DNA of 64,000 nt from positions 53,010,001 to 53,074,000 of the forward strand of contig NC_086106.1 of assembly GCF_963921235.1 (NCBI RefSeq), in the 5' to 3' direction. Every line of letters begins with the position of its first letter. The first letter of the stretch is position 1. This DNA is from Mobula hypostoma. Lineage: Eukaryota. This document shows, piece by piece, positions 62,180-64,000 of the stretch. A program made the translations under genes and the position numbers. Below the pieces are notes generated by a model. That model did not search any database. It saw only the letters and a program-made list of their open reading frames with translations, and was not told where the DNA came from.

Positions 62180-63805
62180 CAGTGCTGATCAAAAGTATTC
62201 ACCTGCCTTGGAAGTTTTCATGTTTTATTGTTTTACAGCATTGAATCACAGTAGAATTAATTTGGCTTATTTTTTGGACACTGATTAAAAGGAAAAGACG
62301 CTTTTATGTCAAAGTGAAAACTGATCTCTACAAAGTGATCTGAATTAATTCAAATATAAAATACAAAGTAATTGCATAAATATTCACCTCCTTCAGTATG
62401 ACACACCAAATCATCACTGGTGAGCCAATTGGTTTTAGAAGTCACATAATTAGTTAAGTAGAGATTACCGTGTGCTGTCAAGGTGCTTCAATTGATTATA
62501 GTAAAAATACACAAGTATCTGGAAGTTCCAACTGCTGGTGAGTCAGTATTCTGACAAAAACTACATCAAGAAGACAAAAGAACACTCCAAGCAACTCCCC
62601 AAAAAAGTTATTGAAAAACACAATTCAGGTGATGAATACAAGAAAATTTCCAAGGCACTGAATATCTCTTGGAGTACAGTTATGTTAGTTATCAATAAAT
62701 GGAAAGAATATGGCACTACTGTAAATCTGTCTAGAATGGTCTGATAAAAACTGAATGACTGTGCAAGAAGGGGACAAGTGAGGGGACCACCAAAGGACCT
62801 ATGAGAACTCTGGAGGAGTTGCAAGCTTTAGTGGCTGAGATGGGAGAGACTGCGCATACAACAACTGTTGCCTGGTTGCTTCATCAGTTGCAGCTTTATG
62901 GGAGAGTGGCAAAGAGAAAGCAACTGTTGAAAAAATCTCACATGAAATCTCGGCTGGAGTTTGCCAGAAGACGTGTGGGAGACTCTGAAGTCAGCTAGAA
63001 GAAGGCTCTATGGTCTGATGAAAACAAACTTGAGCTTTTTGGCCTTCAGACCAAATGCTATGTTTGGTGTAAGCTAAACAATGCGCATAATCAAAAACAC
63101 TCCATCCCTACCATAAAGCAATGTGGTGGCTGCATTGTACTGTGGGGATGTTTCAATGCAACAGGCCCTAGAAGGCTTGTGAAGGTAGAGGGTAAAATGA
63201 ATGCAGCAAAATACAGGGAAATACTGGAGGAAAGCCAGATGCTGTCTGCAAGAGAACTGCAGCTTGAGAGAAGATTTGTTTTACAGCAAGACAATGTCCC
63301 TAAGCATAATACCAAAGCTACACAGGAATGGCTTAAGAACAACAACGTTAATGTCCTGGAGTGGCCATATCAGAGTCCAGACCGCAATCCAATTGAGAAT
63401 TTGTGGCTCAACTTGAAAAAAGCTGTTAACTCATGGTGATCCCCATGCAATCTGACAGAGCTTGAGCAGTTTTGTAAAGAAGAATGGGGAAAAATTGCAG
63501 TGTCCATATGTGCAAAGCTGATAGAAACCTATCTATTACAGACCTCAAGTCTGTAATTGCTGCCAAAGGTACATCTACTAAATACTGACTTAAAGGGGGT
63601 GAATACTTGTGCAATCAATTATTTTGTGTTTTATATTTGTAATTAATTTAGATCACTTTGTAGAGATCTGTTTTCACTTTGATGCGAAAAAGTCTGTTTC
63701 TGTTGATCAGTGTCAAAAGTCAAATTAAATCCACTGTGATTCAATGTTGTAAAACAATAAAACATGAAAACTTCCTAGGGGAGTGAATACTTTTTATAGG
63801 CACTG
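62180..63805 (+). mobile_element. Full-length Tc1 (IR/DR type, Passport-like), inactivated
   Basis: TA|cagtg ... cactg|TA; ~215-bp TIRs with inner and outer tattcacc direct repeats; 1626 bp. Confidence 0.95.
62565..63587 (+). pseudogene. Tc1 DD34E transposase pseudogene
   Basis: KTKEHSKQL..YKKISKALNI..KWKEYGT; LWSDE; QQDNVPKH...SPDRNPIE with 34 residues between D and E; start codon lost, stops and frameshifts. Confidence 0.92.
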
Positions 63806-64000
63806 TACAGGTATACAGCCAAACAAAGCAACGTTCCTCCGGACCAAAGTGTACAACCCAGTGCATATAACTCAACACATTAAGTAACATTTTCACAAAT
63901 AAATTAACACATAGTAAAATTTATTCCAGAAGATTGTCATTTAACAAAAGCTGCATTTACAGTGCAAGTTAAAAAGTAAACAGTACAACACCGCTGGAAC

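Noticed and set aside
1-64000. Prokaryotic operon, CRISPR array or defence system; remaining short ORFs as genes
   Set aside because: No repeat-spacer array or operon-like gene density; all long ORFs are vertebrate TE proteins or their antisense shadows, and the rest are chance 60-120 codon frames.

Overview
Eukaryotic, AT-rich vertebrate DNA, most likely from a cartilaginous fish (ray/shark), inferred from HE1-type V-SINEs and the CR1/Rex1/Penelope repeat spectrum. It looks intronic or intergenic: I recognise no host protein-coding exon, rRNA, true tRNA gene or CRISPR array. Well over half of the window is transposable-element DNA. Main elements: a full-length, almost intact L1 (53534-59452; 11-bp TSD; one +1 T in a T7 run breaks ORF2); a decayed Ty3/Gypsy provirus with PNMA-type gag (12761-~19525) nested in a Penelope-like element that is itself nested in an RTE-derived SINE; at least seven Rex1/Babar LINE copies; many CR1 pieces; two hAT derivatives with exact 8-bp TSDs; an internally deleted Helitron with canonical ends; a Tigger4/Zombi-like pogo element; two Tc1 elements plus a MITE; and tRNA-derived SINEs. 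The most notable non-coding signals are a minimal hammerhead-ribozyme motif in the Penelope terminus (19645-19680, minus strand), a TSD-flanked 74-bp-arm palindrome made only of that terminus (42740-42940), and a TE-poor island (~20700-25330) with an unexplained duplicated ~85-bp motif. Family names come from motif recall, not database searches. Boundaries without a TSD or TIR are approximate.
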